The notes under the pieces are model-generated. The model did no database searches and was not told the origin of the DNA. It was given only the letters and a program-made list of their open reading frames with translations. DNA of 64,000 nucleotides, taken from an uncultured Chloroflexia bacterium (GTDB lineage: Bacteria > Chloroflexota > Chloroflexia > Thermomicrobiales > UBA6265). The DNA lies in the NCBI GenBank assembly GCA_963724295.1, contig CAVRUC010000008.1, positions 256,001 through 320,000 on the forward strand, in the 5' to 3' direction. Of this stretch, positions 1 through 9,966 are shown piece after piece. The translations under genes and the position numbers were made by a program. Every line of letters begins with the position of its first letter. Within the stretch, counting starts at the first letter, position 1.

Positions 1-2
1 GC

Positions 3-449
3 GAGCACAACAAACCGGGGCCGGGAGACGATCGCTGCTGCTACTCGAATGAGGTCTGCGTCAACGGCAAGTGCTGCTGCCATGCAATGGGTGCTGGGTG
101 TCTGGGAGCGATCAAATGCGGTGGCAAGTGCTGTGCGGCCGCCGCCTGCTGCAACAACGGGAAGTGCTGCAAGAAAGGGTTCGTCTGCGCGACAAAGAAC
201 GTAGGCGATGAGAAGACCTGCGTCCGAGCCGACCGCGACTGTGCAGGCGATGAGGAGTGCTTTGCCAGCGAAACCTGCCACGGGGGCAAATGCTGCTCAG
301 GCCCTCGCATGTGTGTAAATGGCGTTGGGACCGAATTTTGCTGCACGGCTGACACGTACTGCGAGCTCTCGGGGCACCCGAGCGCGAATTGCTGCCCGAT
401 CAACACCGTTTGCGAAAACACGTACCGGGGGCACCGCGTGAGGATATGA
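3..449 (+). CDS. Cysteine-rich protein, C-terminal part (5' end lies outside the window)
   Basis: The frame of the 87..449 ORF is open back to nt 3 (EHNKPGPGDDRCCYSNEVCVNGKCCCHA-MGAGC...). It has 28 Cys in 148 visible residues, with recurring CxxGKCC units. Confidence 0.7.
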   Translation, partial: EHNKPGPGDDRCCYSNEVCVNGKCCCHAMGAGCLGAIKCGGKCCAAAACCNNGKCCKKGFVCATKNVGDEKTCVRADRDCAGDEECFASETCHGGKCCSGPRMCVNGVGTEFCCTADTYCELSGHPSANCCPINTVCENTYRGHRVRI

Positions 450-517
450 ACCCAGGAGTCAGCGCGGCCGTGCCCCGTCAACCGACCGTCAGCCTCCAGG
501 GCCGCCTGACTGCGCCC

Positions 518-3500
518 TCAGCTAGTGCTACCCGCCATTAGCGCTGCCACCGCGTGCTCCGGTCCTAACGAACGCCCCTCACCGCGCGCGGCGGCGAAGG
601 TGGCCTCGCCGAGGGCCGCGCGCGCGGTCGTCACGTAGTGTTCGATTTCCGGTTCGTGGACTGCCGGCAGGGGGATTCCAGTCGTCTCTCGCAGCGCCTC
701 CGCCATGCCGAGGAGGCGAGCACACTGGACAGCTTCTCCGCTGTCGCACGCTATGCCCGCCAGCCCTTCGATCGCTTCGGTCACCGTCGCCTTCTCGCCG
801 AGCTGCCAGCTCGCCTTGAGACTCTCGTGGAGCAGGGTCTCGGCACGCGCGGCATCACCACGGAGGTGAGCCAATCGTCCGAGGTGGGTGAGCACAAAGG
901 CGGCGCCGCTCAGGTCAACGAGCTCTCGATAGAGTTCCAGTCCCTGGCTATAGAGCTCCCAGGCCCGGTCGAGGTCCCCCTGCCGCTGGACGGCGTGGCC
1001 CAAATCGGCCAGGGTGTTGGCCATCCCTTGCCGATCGCCCAATTCTCGGAGGTGCCTCAGGACTTCTTCCTGCAGCGCCACCGCACCGTGATAGTCTCCC
1101 TCCAGGAACGCCAGTCCCCCAAGACCGCCCAGGACGTATGTAAGGTTCCGCTGGTCTCCCAGGTCACGGAACAGGCCGAGACTCTCCTTGAAGCAGGCAG
1201 CGGCGCGCTGATGATTCCCCTGGTCGAGAGAGACGAAGCCAAGGTTCGCCAGGCAGGCCGCGATCCGGGGGCGGTCATCCTCCTCGCGCGCCAACACGAG
1301 TGCGTCCTCGTACAGCTGAATGGCGCGCTCCGGATCGCCCATCTTGTCGGCGACGATCCCGAGATCCGTCAGCGATCGAGCCACGCCGCGGTGGTCGCCG
1401 ATCTCCCGCCACAGCTCCAGCGCCGCTTCATGGTGGCCTACCGCCGTGGAGAGGTCACCTTGGGCCTCCGCCAGCGCGCCCGCGCCGTCGAGCGCGGTAG
1501 CGCGATCCGCCGTCGCAGCGGTATTACCGCCGGCCAGGGCTTGCTCGAGCCAGCGCCGTCCCTCGCTGAGGAAGCCGCGGTGCCACCAGAATCGCCAGAG
1601 GGCGCCAGCCAGCCGCAATTGGGCCGCGGCATCGTCGGCCTCCTGGAACGTGATCAGCGCGCGGCGGAAATTGTCGTGTTCACTCTCGAGCCGGTCTAGC
1701 CAGATCCCCTGATCCGGCCCTGTCAGCTCCAGCGCCGCTGCCTCGGCCATCGCCTTGAAGAGGGTTGCGTGCCGATGGCGGACCGCCTCGGCCTCGCCAC
1801 TCGCCTCGAGCTGCTCCCGCGCGTACTCTCGGATGGTCTCCAGCATGCTCAGTCGCGGGGTGCCGACCGTTCCCTCTATTTGCCGCAGAAGGCTCTGATC
1901 GACCAACGAGGCAACGAGATCGAATACTGAATGCCCGCTGGTGACCATGCTCCGATCGATGCTCGATGTCCAGAGTCCGGCGCCGGCGGCGGAGTGCTGC
2001 TCACCAAGCAAGGACTCGATCGCTTCCAGGGTGCAGCCGCCGGCGAACACGGAAAGGCAGGCGAAGAGGACTTGCTCCTCCGGGGTCAGCAGGTCATGAC
2101 TCCAGGCGATCGTGGCGCGCAGCGTTTGCTGGCGGTCCGGTGCATCACGCGGGCCGCCGGTCAGCACCGCCAGTGGACGTTCCAGGCGCTCGGCCAACTC
2201 CGGCGGCGACAGCAGCCGTACTCGCGCCGCGGCCAACTCAATCGCCAGCGGTAATCCGTCCAGCCGGCGGCAGATCTCAATGACAGCGGCAGCGCTCGCC
2301 TCGGTCAGCGCGAAATCGGGCCGTGCAGCGCGGGCGCGCCTCACGAAAAGCGCCACCGCGGGAACATCTTCCAACGACATGGCGGGGATCGCGTACCTGC
2401 TCTCGTCGCCCGGATTCACTTGACCGTCGGGTAGTGCGAGTGGCTGGACAGGGTACTCCTGCTCCCCGCGCAGCCGCAGCCGGATACGGCTCGTGATCAA
2501 CGCCTTAAAGTGCGGGCAGGACGCCAGCAATTCGCCAATAACCGGAGCTGCCGCGGCGACTCGCTCCATGTTGTCGACCACTAGCAACACGTGCTGCTGG
2601 CCCAGCTGCTCCGCCATGGTCTCGAGCAGCGGTTGTCCGGAGACATCGCCAACGCCGAGCGCCCGAGCGATCGCCGGCAGGACAAGCTCCGGTTCCTCGA
2701 GTGGCGCGAGATCGGCGACAAAGACACCGTCTGGAAAGGCCGCGGCGACGGTGTGAGCGAGTGCCAGGGCGAGCCGCGTCTTGCCGACGCCACCGGGGCC
2801 CGTCAAACTCACCAACCTCGCCGTTGCCAGCAGACGCCGCAGCTCGGCCTCTTCCCGCTCACGGCCAATCAACTCGTCAACAGGAGCGGGGAGACCGCTC
2901 AACCGGGTGGCTGGAGTTAGATGCTCGATGGTCGTGTCCGGTTCAAGCGGCTGTGTCGCGGCCGGGAAACGACCGTCCCGAATAGCGGCGATCAGCTCGC
3001 GGGTCGACGGTTCGGGACCAACCCCAAGCTCGCGGTCGAGAAGGACGACCAGGTTGTCGTACTGCTGCAGCGCCTGCCGTTGGCGACCGGTCAGGGCGAG
3101 CAGGCGAATGAGGGTGGCGTGGACGGCCTCGTCGAGCGGGTCGGCGGCGAGCAGACGCTGCAGAGCACCGATCGCCTGGCCCAGCTCGGCCCGCTGCTCG
3201 TGCAATTGGGCAAGACGACTCAGCAGCGTCAGGTAACTAGTGCGCAGGGTCGCACGGCGGCCGGCTACCCAATCTTCGTACGGATCTTCGGGAAGAAGGT
3301 CGCTCTGGTAGCGATCGAGCGCCGCCTGACACGCCGCGGGTTCGGGTGCTCGCCAGGCGCGATCGACGGCTGCTTCAAAGAGGTCGACGTCGACGCGGAC
3401 GAGATCTGATGGTCCGAGAAGCAGATCCTCGCCATCGCGGTCGAGGAAAGTTCCCGGCGGCGCTCCGGCGGCCTCGAGGGCGCGCCGGGCGTAGTGGAGA

Positions 3501-3721
3501 AAGACGCGCAAGTTGTTGCCGGCAGCATCGGGATCGATGTCTGGCCAGAGCGTCTCGGTCACCTGATCCCGGTGCAGGCGGTGGGTGGGCTCGAGGGCGA
3601 GCAGTTTGACGATGGCCGCGGCGCGCTTCTGCCGCCATGCGGCGTCGGGCATCGGTTTGCCGCTGATGACGACGCGAAATCCGCCCAGAAGATGGACATC
3701 GAGTGGTGCCGGAGCTTCCAC
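518..3721 (-). CDS. AfsR/SARP-like transcriptional regulator: wHTH + BTAD + STAND/NB-ARC ATPase + TPR repeats
   Basis: N-terminal 'LLGGFRV...LLAL...LHRDQVTETLWPD' and BTAD region 'DPLDEAVHATLIRLLALTGRQRQAL'. Walker A is GPGGVGKT, Walker B is LLVVDNME, followed by a GLPLAIELAA motif and C-terminal TPR-like repeats. Confidence 0.92.
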   Translation of the reverse strand: MEAPAPLDVHLLGGFRVVISGKPMPDAAWRQKRAAAIVKLLALEPTHRLHRDQVTETLWPDIDPDAAGNNLRVFLHYARRALEAAGAPPGTFLDRDGEDLLLGPSDLVRVDVDLFEAAVDRAWRAPEPAACQAALDRYQSDLLPEDPYEDWVAGRRATLRTSYLTLLSRLAQLHEQRAELGQAIGALQRLLAADPLDEAVHATLIRLLALTGRQRQALQQYDNLVVLLDRELGVGPEPSTRELIAAIRDGRFPAATQPLEPDTTIEHLTPATRLSGLPAPVDELIGREREEAELRRLLATARLVSLTGPGGVGKTRLALALAHTVAAAFPDGVFVADLAPLEEPELVLPAIARALGVGDVSGQPLLETMAEQLGQQHVLLVVDNMERVAAAAPVIGELLASCPHFKALITSRIRLRLRGEQEYPVQPLALPDGQVNPGDESRYAIPAMSLEDVPAVALFVRRARAARPDFALTEASAAAVIEICRRLDGLPLAIELAAARVRLLSPPELAERLERPLAVLTGGPRDAPDRQQTLRATIAWSHDLLTPEEQVLFACLSVFAGGCTLEAIESLLGEQHSAAGAGLWTSSIDRSMVTSGHSVFDLVASLVDQSLLRQIEGTVGTPRLSMLETIREYAREQLEASGEAEAVRHRHATLFKAMAEAAALELTGPDQGIWLDRLESEHDNFRRALITFQEADDAAAQLRLAGALWRFWWHRGFLSEGRRWLEQALAGGNTAATADRATALDGAGALAEAQGDLSTAVGHHEAALELWREIGDHRGVARSLTDLGIVADKMGDPERAIQLYEDALVLAREEDDRPRIAACLANLGFVSLDQGNHQRAAACFKESLGLFRDLGDQRNLTYVLGGLGGLAFLEGDYHGAVALQEEVLRHLRELGDRQGMANTLADLGHAVQRQGDLDRAWELYSQGLELYRELVDLSGAAFVLTHLGRLAHLRGDAARAETLLHESLKASWQLGEKATVTEAIEGLAGIACDSGEAVQCARLLGMAEALRETTGIPLPAVHEPEIEHYVTTARAALGEATFAAARGEGRSLGPEHAVAALMAGSTS

Positions 3722-3861
3722 CGGCGCCCTCCCCGCGGTCCGGCCGGGGTGACTGGATGCCCGTGGCCGGGACGTGCTGCGTGTTCGGCACGTCCAGCGT
3801 ACGCCTGCCTGTCTTGACCCGTCAAGCGCTCAATGAGTCCTCTCGCGGTCCATTCCCGGCT

Positions 3862-3909
3862 GACTAATAGCCGACTAATGGCAGCTCATTAGAGTCGGTC
3901 TAGTAGTCG
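3862..3909. promoter_or_regulatory. Candidate operator in the divergent intergenic region
   Basis: GACTAAT occurs at 3862 and 3873 (11-bp period). Inverted AGTCG cores occur at 3893 and 3905. Confidence 0.35.
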
Positions 3910-3949
3910 CCGATCGACGGCGACGTAGCACCCAAAAGAGGAGGAATCC

Positions 3950-4558
3950 ATGGCAGCGAAGAGGGGACCGGCAATCTGGCGGCTTGGCAGCGTTGGCTTG
4001 CTACTCGGCATCGTGCTCGGGAGCGGACTGCTCGCCATTCCCGCGGAGGGAGCACAGAAGTGCTTCGGCAAGACCGCAACTATCAATGACAACAGCGGTC
4101 AAATCGACGGTACGAATGGCAATGACGTGATCATTGGTGACAATGGCGCCAACGACATCGACGGCAAGGGTGGGACGGACCGCATCTGTAGCCGCGACGG
4201 CAACGACGTTATCGAGGCCAATGGCAAGCTCTTCGCCGACGGCGGCGAGGGAGATGACGAGATCAATGGGACGGACAGCGCTGACGATCTCCAAGGCGGA
4301 GTCGGCGAAGACACCCTGCACGGCAACGGCGCCAAGGACGTTCTCAAGGGCGGCGATGACAACGATACGCTCTACGGAGGCGCCGGCAACGACACCGTCA
4401 AAGGGAGCAATGGCAATGACGATCTCTTCGGCGAGGAGGGTACGGACAAGCTCTTCGGCGGTAGCGGTGATGACACCATCGACGGTGGTCCCGATCCCGA
4501 CTTCTGTTCCGATGATAACCAGCCACTGCACGCCTGCGATCTCACGCTGGCCCCATAG
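3950..4558 (+). CDS. Secreted hemolysin-type (RTX nonapeptide) calcium-binding protein
   Basis: GAGGAGG SD, signal peptide, and many GGxGxDxLx repeats (GGEGDDEIN, GGVGEDTLH, GGAGNDTVK, GGSGDDTID). Confidence 0.88.
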   Translation: MAAKRGPAIWRLGSVGLLLGIVLGSGLLAIPAEGAQKCFGKTATINDNSGQIDGTNGNDVIIGDNGANDIDGKGGTDRICSRDGNDVIEANGKLFADGGEGDDEINGTDSADDLQGGVGEDTLHGNGAKDVLKGGDDNDTLYGGAGNDTVKGSNGNDDLFGEEGTDKLFGGSGDDTIDGGPDPDFCSDDNQPLHACDLTLAP

Positions 4559-4652
4559 CCCTCGGTCCTCAGCCTCGTCGGGCGCAGCGGGCGGCGCGCA
4601 CCGGCGCCGCCCACCCAGGCGCCCTGAATCGGCTCGTGCCAGCGTCATATCG

Positions 4653-4686
4653 AAAAAGCGCGCCGGGGCTACGTCCCCGGCGCGCT
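4653..4686 (-). terminator. Intrinsic terminator-like hairpin (U-tract on the minus strand; may be bidirectional)
   Basis: Perfect 12-bp stem AGCGCGCCGGGG/CCCCGGCGCGCT with a 6-nt loop, preceded by AAAAA on the plus strand. Confidence 0.6.
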
Positions 4687-4881
4687 GCCAGTCGATTCAT
4701 CACTACTCTTTCGTGAAGCCTCGCATCCGCTCGCGACGACGACCGTCGATCTTCGCTCGCCAGAGACTCTTCTATGATCCAGACCATCATGCGGGAACCA
4801 GCGACGAGCTCTGGCGGAATGCACCGCTTGAGCCCGATAATCGGTAGGGGGTATCTACTGCCGGCTGATGGAGACGACTTC

Positions 4882-5568
4882 ATGATGGAAGAGATTCATC
4901 TCGGTGCTCGTCCGTCCGAGGTCCGGCTTGTCTCCGTGAATGTCGGTCTGCCAATGGTGATCGGCGCCACCCGCTGGGGGAAGCCGATCCGTAGCGGTAT
5001 CGTCAAGCAGCCGGTCACTGCCGCTTCCATCGACCTCGGCACGCTCAATCTCGACGGCGACCGGCAGGCCGACCTGAAGGTGCACGGTGGACCCGACAAG
5101 GCCGTCTACGCCTACCCCGTCGAGCATCTTCCACAGTGGAACGACGAGCTGGGGACCGACTTCGGGCCAGGGACATTTGGCGAGAATCTGACCACGGCGG
5201 GATGGCTGGAAGACGATGTTCGCATCGGCGATGTCTGGGCATGGGGCCAGGCGCGACTTCAGGTCTCGCAGCCTCGTTCTCCTTGCTACAAACTGGCGAC
5301 CGTCACTGGTCGACCCGATCTGCTCAAGCGTTTCGTGCGTTCAGGTCGGACAGGGTGGTATCTGCGGGTGCTCCAAGCGGCGACCGTGCCGGTATGCGGG
5401 CCGATTCAGGTGATCGAGCGCCATCCCGCGGGTATCAGCGTGCTGCTCGCGCATCGGGCCAGCCTGCCTGGCGCGCTCGATCGGACCGAGGTCGAAGCCG
5501 TGGCGCGGGTCGACGCCCTGGCCGCTGACTGGCGCCATTGGGTGCTCAATCAAGTCGACCCAGGCTGA
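4882..5568 (+). CDS. MOSC domain protein (YiiM-like)
   Basis: Motifs 'LDGDRQADLKVHGGPDKAVYAY', 'FGENLT', 'QPRSPCYKL' and 'GRTGWYLRVL'. ATG at 4882 follows GGAG. Confidence 0.9.
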   Translation: MMEEIHLGARPSEVRLVSVNVGLPMVIGATRWGKPIRSGIVKQPVTAASIDLGTLNLDGDRQADLKVHGGPDKAVYAYPVEHLPQWNDELGTDFGPGTFGENLTTAGWLEDDVRIGDVWAWGQARLQVSQPRSPCYKLATVTGRPDLLKRFVRSGRTGWYLRVLQAATVPVCGPIQVIERHPAGISVLLAHRASLPGALDRTEVEAVARVDALAADWRHWVLNQVDPG

Positions 5569-5597
5569 TTAATCTTGATACGCGTTGCATAAGACCC

Positions 5598-5627
5598 TTG
5601 ACACCCAAGCATCAGCAATGCTATGTT
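5598..5627 (+). promoter_or_regulatory. Sigma70-type promoter of hsp20
   Basis: TTGACA-N18-TATGTT with an extended -10 TGn. Confidence 0.55.
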
Positions 5628-5720
5628 TTCTGCAGACGGATCGGCCAGCAATCAGGCCAGCGTCGTTCGGTTCAGGTTCGCTGTACGCGCGCTTGGATTG
5701 CGCGATGGAGGTAGGAGAAA

Positions 5721-6230
5721 ATGGTCAGCACGTTCCCCTTTGGTCAGGACTTCGTCGTTCTCCGCGATGCCATGAACCAGCTTCTCGAGGAGAGCTTCGT
5801 TCCCTCCCGGGGATCGCGAAGCTCCGGCGGTAACGGCACGATGGTGCGGCCACTGCCGCTCGATGTCTACGCCACGCAGGACGAAGCGGTCCTCATCGCC
5901 GCGGTACCCGGCATGAGCCCGCAGGAGCTGGAAGTCACGATCGACCAGAACGTGGTCACCCTCTCGGGAACGGTACCCACCGCGGCGGAGAGTGAGCAGG
6001 GTAAGGGCGCGACCTGGTACCTGCACGAGCTGTGGCACGGGCAGTTCCGGCGCAGTGTGACGCTGCCGTTCGAGGTCGATGCCGGCAAGGCCGACGCTTC
6101 GTTTGAGAATGGCATCGTGCGCATCGTGCTGCCGAAGGCCGAGCGGGCCAAGCCGCACAAGATCGCCATCAAGACCGGAAACGGCCAGCAGGAAGCGATC
6201 GAGGCCGGCTCGCAGAGCAAGCAGAAGTAG
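5721..6230 (+). CDS. Hsp20/alpha-crystallin small heat shock protein
   Basis: Motifs 'LRDAMNQLLEESFV', 'PLDVY', 'GQFRRSVTLP' and 'ASFENGIVRIVLPK'. Strong SD GGAGGT/AGGAG. Confidence 0.93.
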   Translation: MVSTFPFGQDFVVLRDAMNQLLEESFVPSRGSRSSGGNGTMVRPLPLDVYATQDEAVLIAAVPGMSPQELEVTIDQNVVTLSGTVPTAAESEQGKGATWYLHELWHGQFRRSVTLPFEVDAGKADASFENGIVRIVLPKAERAKPHKIAIKTGNGQQEAIEAGSQSKQK

Positions 6231-6291
6231 CATCGGCCCGAGACCGGGCGCACCTGGTGCACGTCGGTGCGCCGTGAGTAATGACCAGGAG

Positions 6292-6328
6292 AGGCGGCTG
6301 GGCCTGGAGCCCAGCCGCCTTCTTTGTT
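6292..6328 (+). terminator. Rho-independent terminator after hsp20
   Basis: 12-bp stem AGGCGGCTGGGC/GCCCAGCCGCCT followed by TCTTTGTT. Confidence 0.8.
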
Positions 6329-6443
6329 GCCATGCATCCGAATTTCGCCACCTTGCCATCACCCAACCCCCTCGTTGCCCGCACCGAGGACGCTCTGGTA
6401 CGGTGCCTGTTCGGGATGGGAAGACGGGGAGCGAGGGACAGCG

Positions 6444-7376
6444 TTGGAATCGGCAAACCGCGGGTGGGTAGCGCTGGCGCGGCCGGCGCTCGTTGCTTTG
6501 ATCCTGTGTCTCCTGCTCGCGGCGAGCATCGGCGGGGATCGCGGCGGGCGTTCACTGGCTCAGGAAGGCGAGGCCACACCGGCGACGCCCGCCACGCCAG
6601 GAGCCGTCGACTTCGGTCAGCTCGTCGGGCAACGCCCGGCGGAAGTGCTGTCGGGTTCCTGCGACGAGCCGGGCGAAACCATCGCCTCAATGACTCCACT
6701 GGAGTTTTCGGAGGGAGAGGCGGAGGGGCAAGGCGCCGCTATCGAGGCCGAGGGCTCCTACACCACTATCCCCGTTCCGCTGGAATCGCTTCTGACCGGA
6801 CAAACCAATATCACGGTATTCCTCTCCGACGAGGCAAGCGATATCGTCGTCGCCTGCGGTGAGATCGGCGGTGTCCGCAGCGAGGGGGGATCGCTTGTTA
6901 TCAAGCTCTCCGAGCGCAATGGCTCCGGGTTCAGCGGGATCGCCTTCCTGACTCCAGGCGATCCCGGCACCACCGGCGCGTCGGTTTTCCTCGCCGGGGA
7001 GCGCACCGTTGCCGAAACCCGGGAGCTCATCGCGGCCGCCACACCGGCGGCACTGGAGCCGATCGCCGAGCCCACGCCGACCGCGGAGCCGGTCCAGGTT
7101 GTCGACCTCGTGCTCCTGGAATGGCTGATCGACATACCGGAGGAGATCCGCGCCGGTCAGGTGAATTTCGTCGTCACCAACGAGGGCGCTGAGCAGCACA
7201 GCCTGGTCGTCGAAGGCAATGGTCTCCTCTTCGAGCTCCCCGCGCCGTTGGATTCCGGCGAGTCGACCATTCTCTCGGCCGAGCTTCCACCCGGTGAGTA
7301 CGTCGTCTACTGCCCGGTCGGCGAGGGCGAGCACCGGGAAAAGGGGATGGAGGCGACACTGCTGGTCGTGCCGTGA
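6444..7376 (+). CDS. Exported protein with a C-terminal cupredoxin (type-1 Cu) domain; start uncertain
   Basis: Hydrophobic signal then 'AQEGEATPATPA'. The C-terminal 'NEGAEQHSL...GEYVVYCPVGEGEHREKGM' supplies His/Cys/His/Met ligands. Confidence 0.75.
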   Translation: MESANRGWVALARPALVALILCLLLAASIGGDRGGRSLAQEGEATPATPATPGAVDFGQLVGQRPAEVLSGSCDEPGETIASMTPLEFSEGEAEGQGAAIEAEGSYTTIPVPLESLLTGQTNITVFLSDEASDIVVACGEIGGVRSEGGSLVIKLSERNGSGFSGIAFLTPGDPGTTGASVFLAGERTVAETRELIAAATPAALEPIAEPTPTAEPVQVVDLVLLEWLIDIPEEIRAGQVNFVVTNEGAEQHSLVVEGNGLLFELPAPLDSGESTILSAELPPGEYVVYCPVGEGEHREKGMEATLLVVP

Positions 7377-7469
7377 CCGGAGAGCAACGAAGCGTCATCC
7401 CGCGAAACGGCAAGTGCAAGTTGTACGAGCTTGCACGTTCAGGATCTCGTCACAGGACCGTGGGAATCC

Positions 7470-9913
7470 CTACTCTTCATTCAGTTCCAGCGCCAGCATC
7501 GCCGCGTTGACGATCTCGTCGACGTCGATCCCGGCGTAGTCGTAGAGCTCCGCGCGGGAACCGGACTGGCCCCATTGGTCCATGCCGAGAGGCACGGTCG
7601 GGGCGCCGTAGATGCTGCCCAGGAAGGCCAGGCCGTGCGAAGCGCCGTCCTGGACAGTCACGATTGGAGCGCGGCGCTCGTCCGCGGGGATCAACGTGGC
7701 CAGGTGCCCGAGGTCGGCGTCACGCCGCGCGTCAGCCAGGAGCTGACTACGCGCCTCGCGCAACGTCCGGTAGAGCCGGCGCGCGCTGGTGATGTTGATG
7801 ACGTTCGCGGCAACGCCCTCTTCATGCAGCCGGTGCGCCGCCGCCACCGCCTCCGGCACCATGATGCCGCCGGCCGCGATCTGCACCGTATCCCGGGCCG
7901 GCAGATCGGGTGCGGCCATGCGCCGGTCGACGATGCGGTAACCACCAAGGAGTGTCTGGCGCCGCAGCTCGTCCTCGCCCAACCGCGAGAGCGCCTCGTC
8001 CATCAGCTTCTGGTCGATCGGTTTGGTCGAAAGCCGGAAATAGCTCGAGAGTCCGTGCTCGCGATCGCAGCACTGGCGGAGCGCCTCCAGCAGTGTCCAC
8101 TCGACTTCGCGGGCGAAGGCCGGCTCGTAAAAATCGAGACCCGGCAGCTCGACGCCAAGCGAAGGCGTGACCGTGCTCTGGTGGGCTCCTCCCTCCGGCG
8201 ACAGCGACACGCCCGAAGGCGTCCCGGCGAAGATCATCTTGGCCCCACCGTAGAGCCCATAGATGAGGGCGTCGAGCCCGCGACAGACGAACGGGTCGTA
8301 GACGGTGCCGATGGGGATCAGGTGCTGACCGGTCAGCTCGTAGGAGAGACCAAACTGTCCCAGCGCCATGAAGAGGTTCATCTCGGAGATACCGAGCTCG
8401 ATGTGGCGCCCTTCCGGTCCCGGCAGCCAGCGCAGCATCCGCTGCGCGCCCTCCTCGTAGTCCGCCGACGCCTCGGGCGCGAAGACCCCTACCTTGTTGA
8501 TCCAGCCCGCCAGATGGGTCGAGGTCGCGACGTCCGGCGAGAGGGTCACGACCCGCTCCCCCACCTCCGGCGCTTCCGCCAGCCGCACCAGGGCCCGGCC
8601 CATCGCCTCCTGCGTCGAGGTCACCGCCGGGTGGGTGGCGCCCAGGCTCTCCGGGAATGACCGAGGCCGGCAGCGGTGGCGCGATCACCGTCGGCGGCGC
8701 GGAGAAGGCCGCGCCCCGTTCCGCGCACAAGCAGCCCCTCCGGCGAATCGGGGGGGAACGCTGCCCAGAGATCGTCCTCGGGTACACCCAGGTGCACCCT
8801 CAGCTCGTCCATCTGGGTCTGGGTCAGCAGCATCGAGTGGTTGAGCGGGTCGCCCGCCAGCGGCAGGCCAAACCCCTTGATGGTGTAGGCGAAGACGACT
8901 ACCGGTGCGTCCTCGACGGCGTCGGCTTCGGCCAGCACTTCGAGCAGGCGCGGTAGGTCGTGTCCGGCGAGATTGGAGACGACCCGCGACAAGTCCTCAT
9001 CGGCGATCTCCGCGACCGCGCGCAGGATTGCCGGCCTTTCCGCTGCATCGGGGACGTCGGCCAGGCGGCGGCGCAGCTCCGCGCCGTCGCGCAGGCGGAT
9101 GAGCGCCTGGTACTCCTCGTTATTCATGTCGTCGATGCGCCGGCGCAGCGCCTCGCCCCCCGGTTCGCTCATCGCCGCTTCCAGCCGGGAGCCGTACTTC
9201 GCTTCGAAGACCTTCCAGCCCGCGCTGGCGAAAAGCGCCTTCAGCCGCGCCGCGCGCACGCCGGGGATGACCCGGTCCAGACTCTGCCGGTTGAGGTCGA
9301 TGATCCAGATGACGTTACCCAGTCCCTGGATCGCCTCCTCGGCGACCGCTTCCCAGACATTCCCTTCATCCAGCTCAGCATCGCCGATGAGCGCCACGAA
9401 GCGATCTGAGCTGACGTCGCCGAAGCGCGTCCTGGCGTATCTGGCAGCCTGCGCGGCAAACACCGGCGCCACCGCTCCCAACCCGACCGAGCCAGTCGAA
9501 AAATCGACCTGATCCGGATCCTTGGTGCGCGACGGATAGGCCTGCAGGCCACCGAACGCTCGTAGCGTCGTCAGATAGGAGCGGTCGAGGCGGTCGAGCA
9601 GGTATTGCGCGGCGTGGAAGACGGGCGAGGCATGCGGTTTGATCGAGACGCGGTCGCCGGGGCGCAGAAATGAGAAGTAGAGCGCGGTAAGAATGGTCGC
9701 TACCGAGGCCGACGACGCCTGGTGCCCACCGACCTTGCTCTTGTCGGGGTTGGGCCGGACATTGTTGGCGTGGTGGATGATCTGGGTCGAGAGCCAGAGC
9801 AGGCGCCGCTCGATCGACTCCAGGGTCGCCAGGGTCTCCGGCGTGAGACCGCCCTGGTCGGGTGGCGAGGCCACCATCGCGTCACTGGCGGGACGCTCGA
9901 TCGTTGCGCTCAT
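7470..9913 (-). CDS. ThDP-dependent pyruvate dehydrogenase E1-like/transketolase-family enzyme, split by two +1 frameshifts (~8735, ~8655)
   Basis: N-part has 'KVGGHQASSAS', 'STGSVGLG', 'GDAELDEG' and 'NRQSLD'. The middle segment 'LCAERGAAFSAPP' is in a second frame. The C-part ('STQEAMGR', 'LGISEMNL', 'EGGAHQS') is in a third. Removing one base at each junction gives one ORF. Confidence 0.82.
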
Positions 9914-9966
9914 CTCAGGGGACTCCTCGGCTCTCGGGGCGGAGACGCGTACGAGGTCATGGTAAA

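Noticed and set aside
638..1699. Long antisense ORFs here and at 7431-8660, 11720-12814, 22215-23408, 35489-36880, 44220-45323, 46659-47660 and 51226-52722
   Set aside because: They are shadow frames of well-supported genes in high-GC DNA and carry no recognisable motifs.
3950..4558. RTX toxin
   Set aside because: Only 202 aa with a Sec-type signal; there is no toxin domain, type I secretion genes or acyltransferase.
5570..5720. CIRCE or HAIR heat-shock operator upstream of hsp20
   Set aside because: Only CTTG-N5-CAAG is present, and neither consensus nor spacing fits.
8640..8740. Programmed frameshift or natural two-subunit E1
   Set aside because: Two separate +1 events 80 nt apart are needed and the same insertion pattern occurs elsewhere, so error is more parsimonious.
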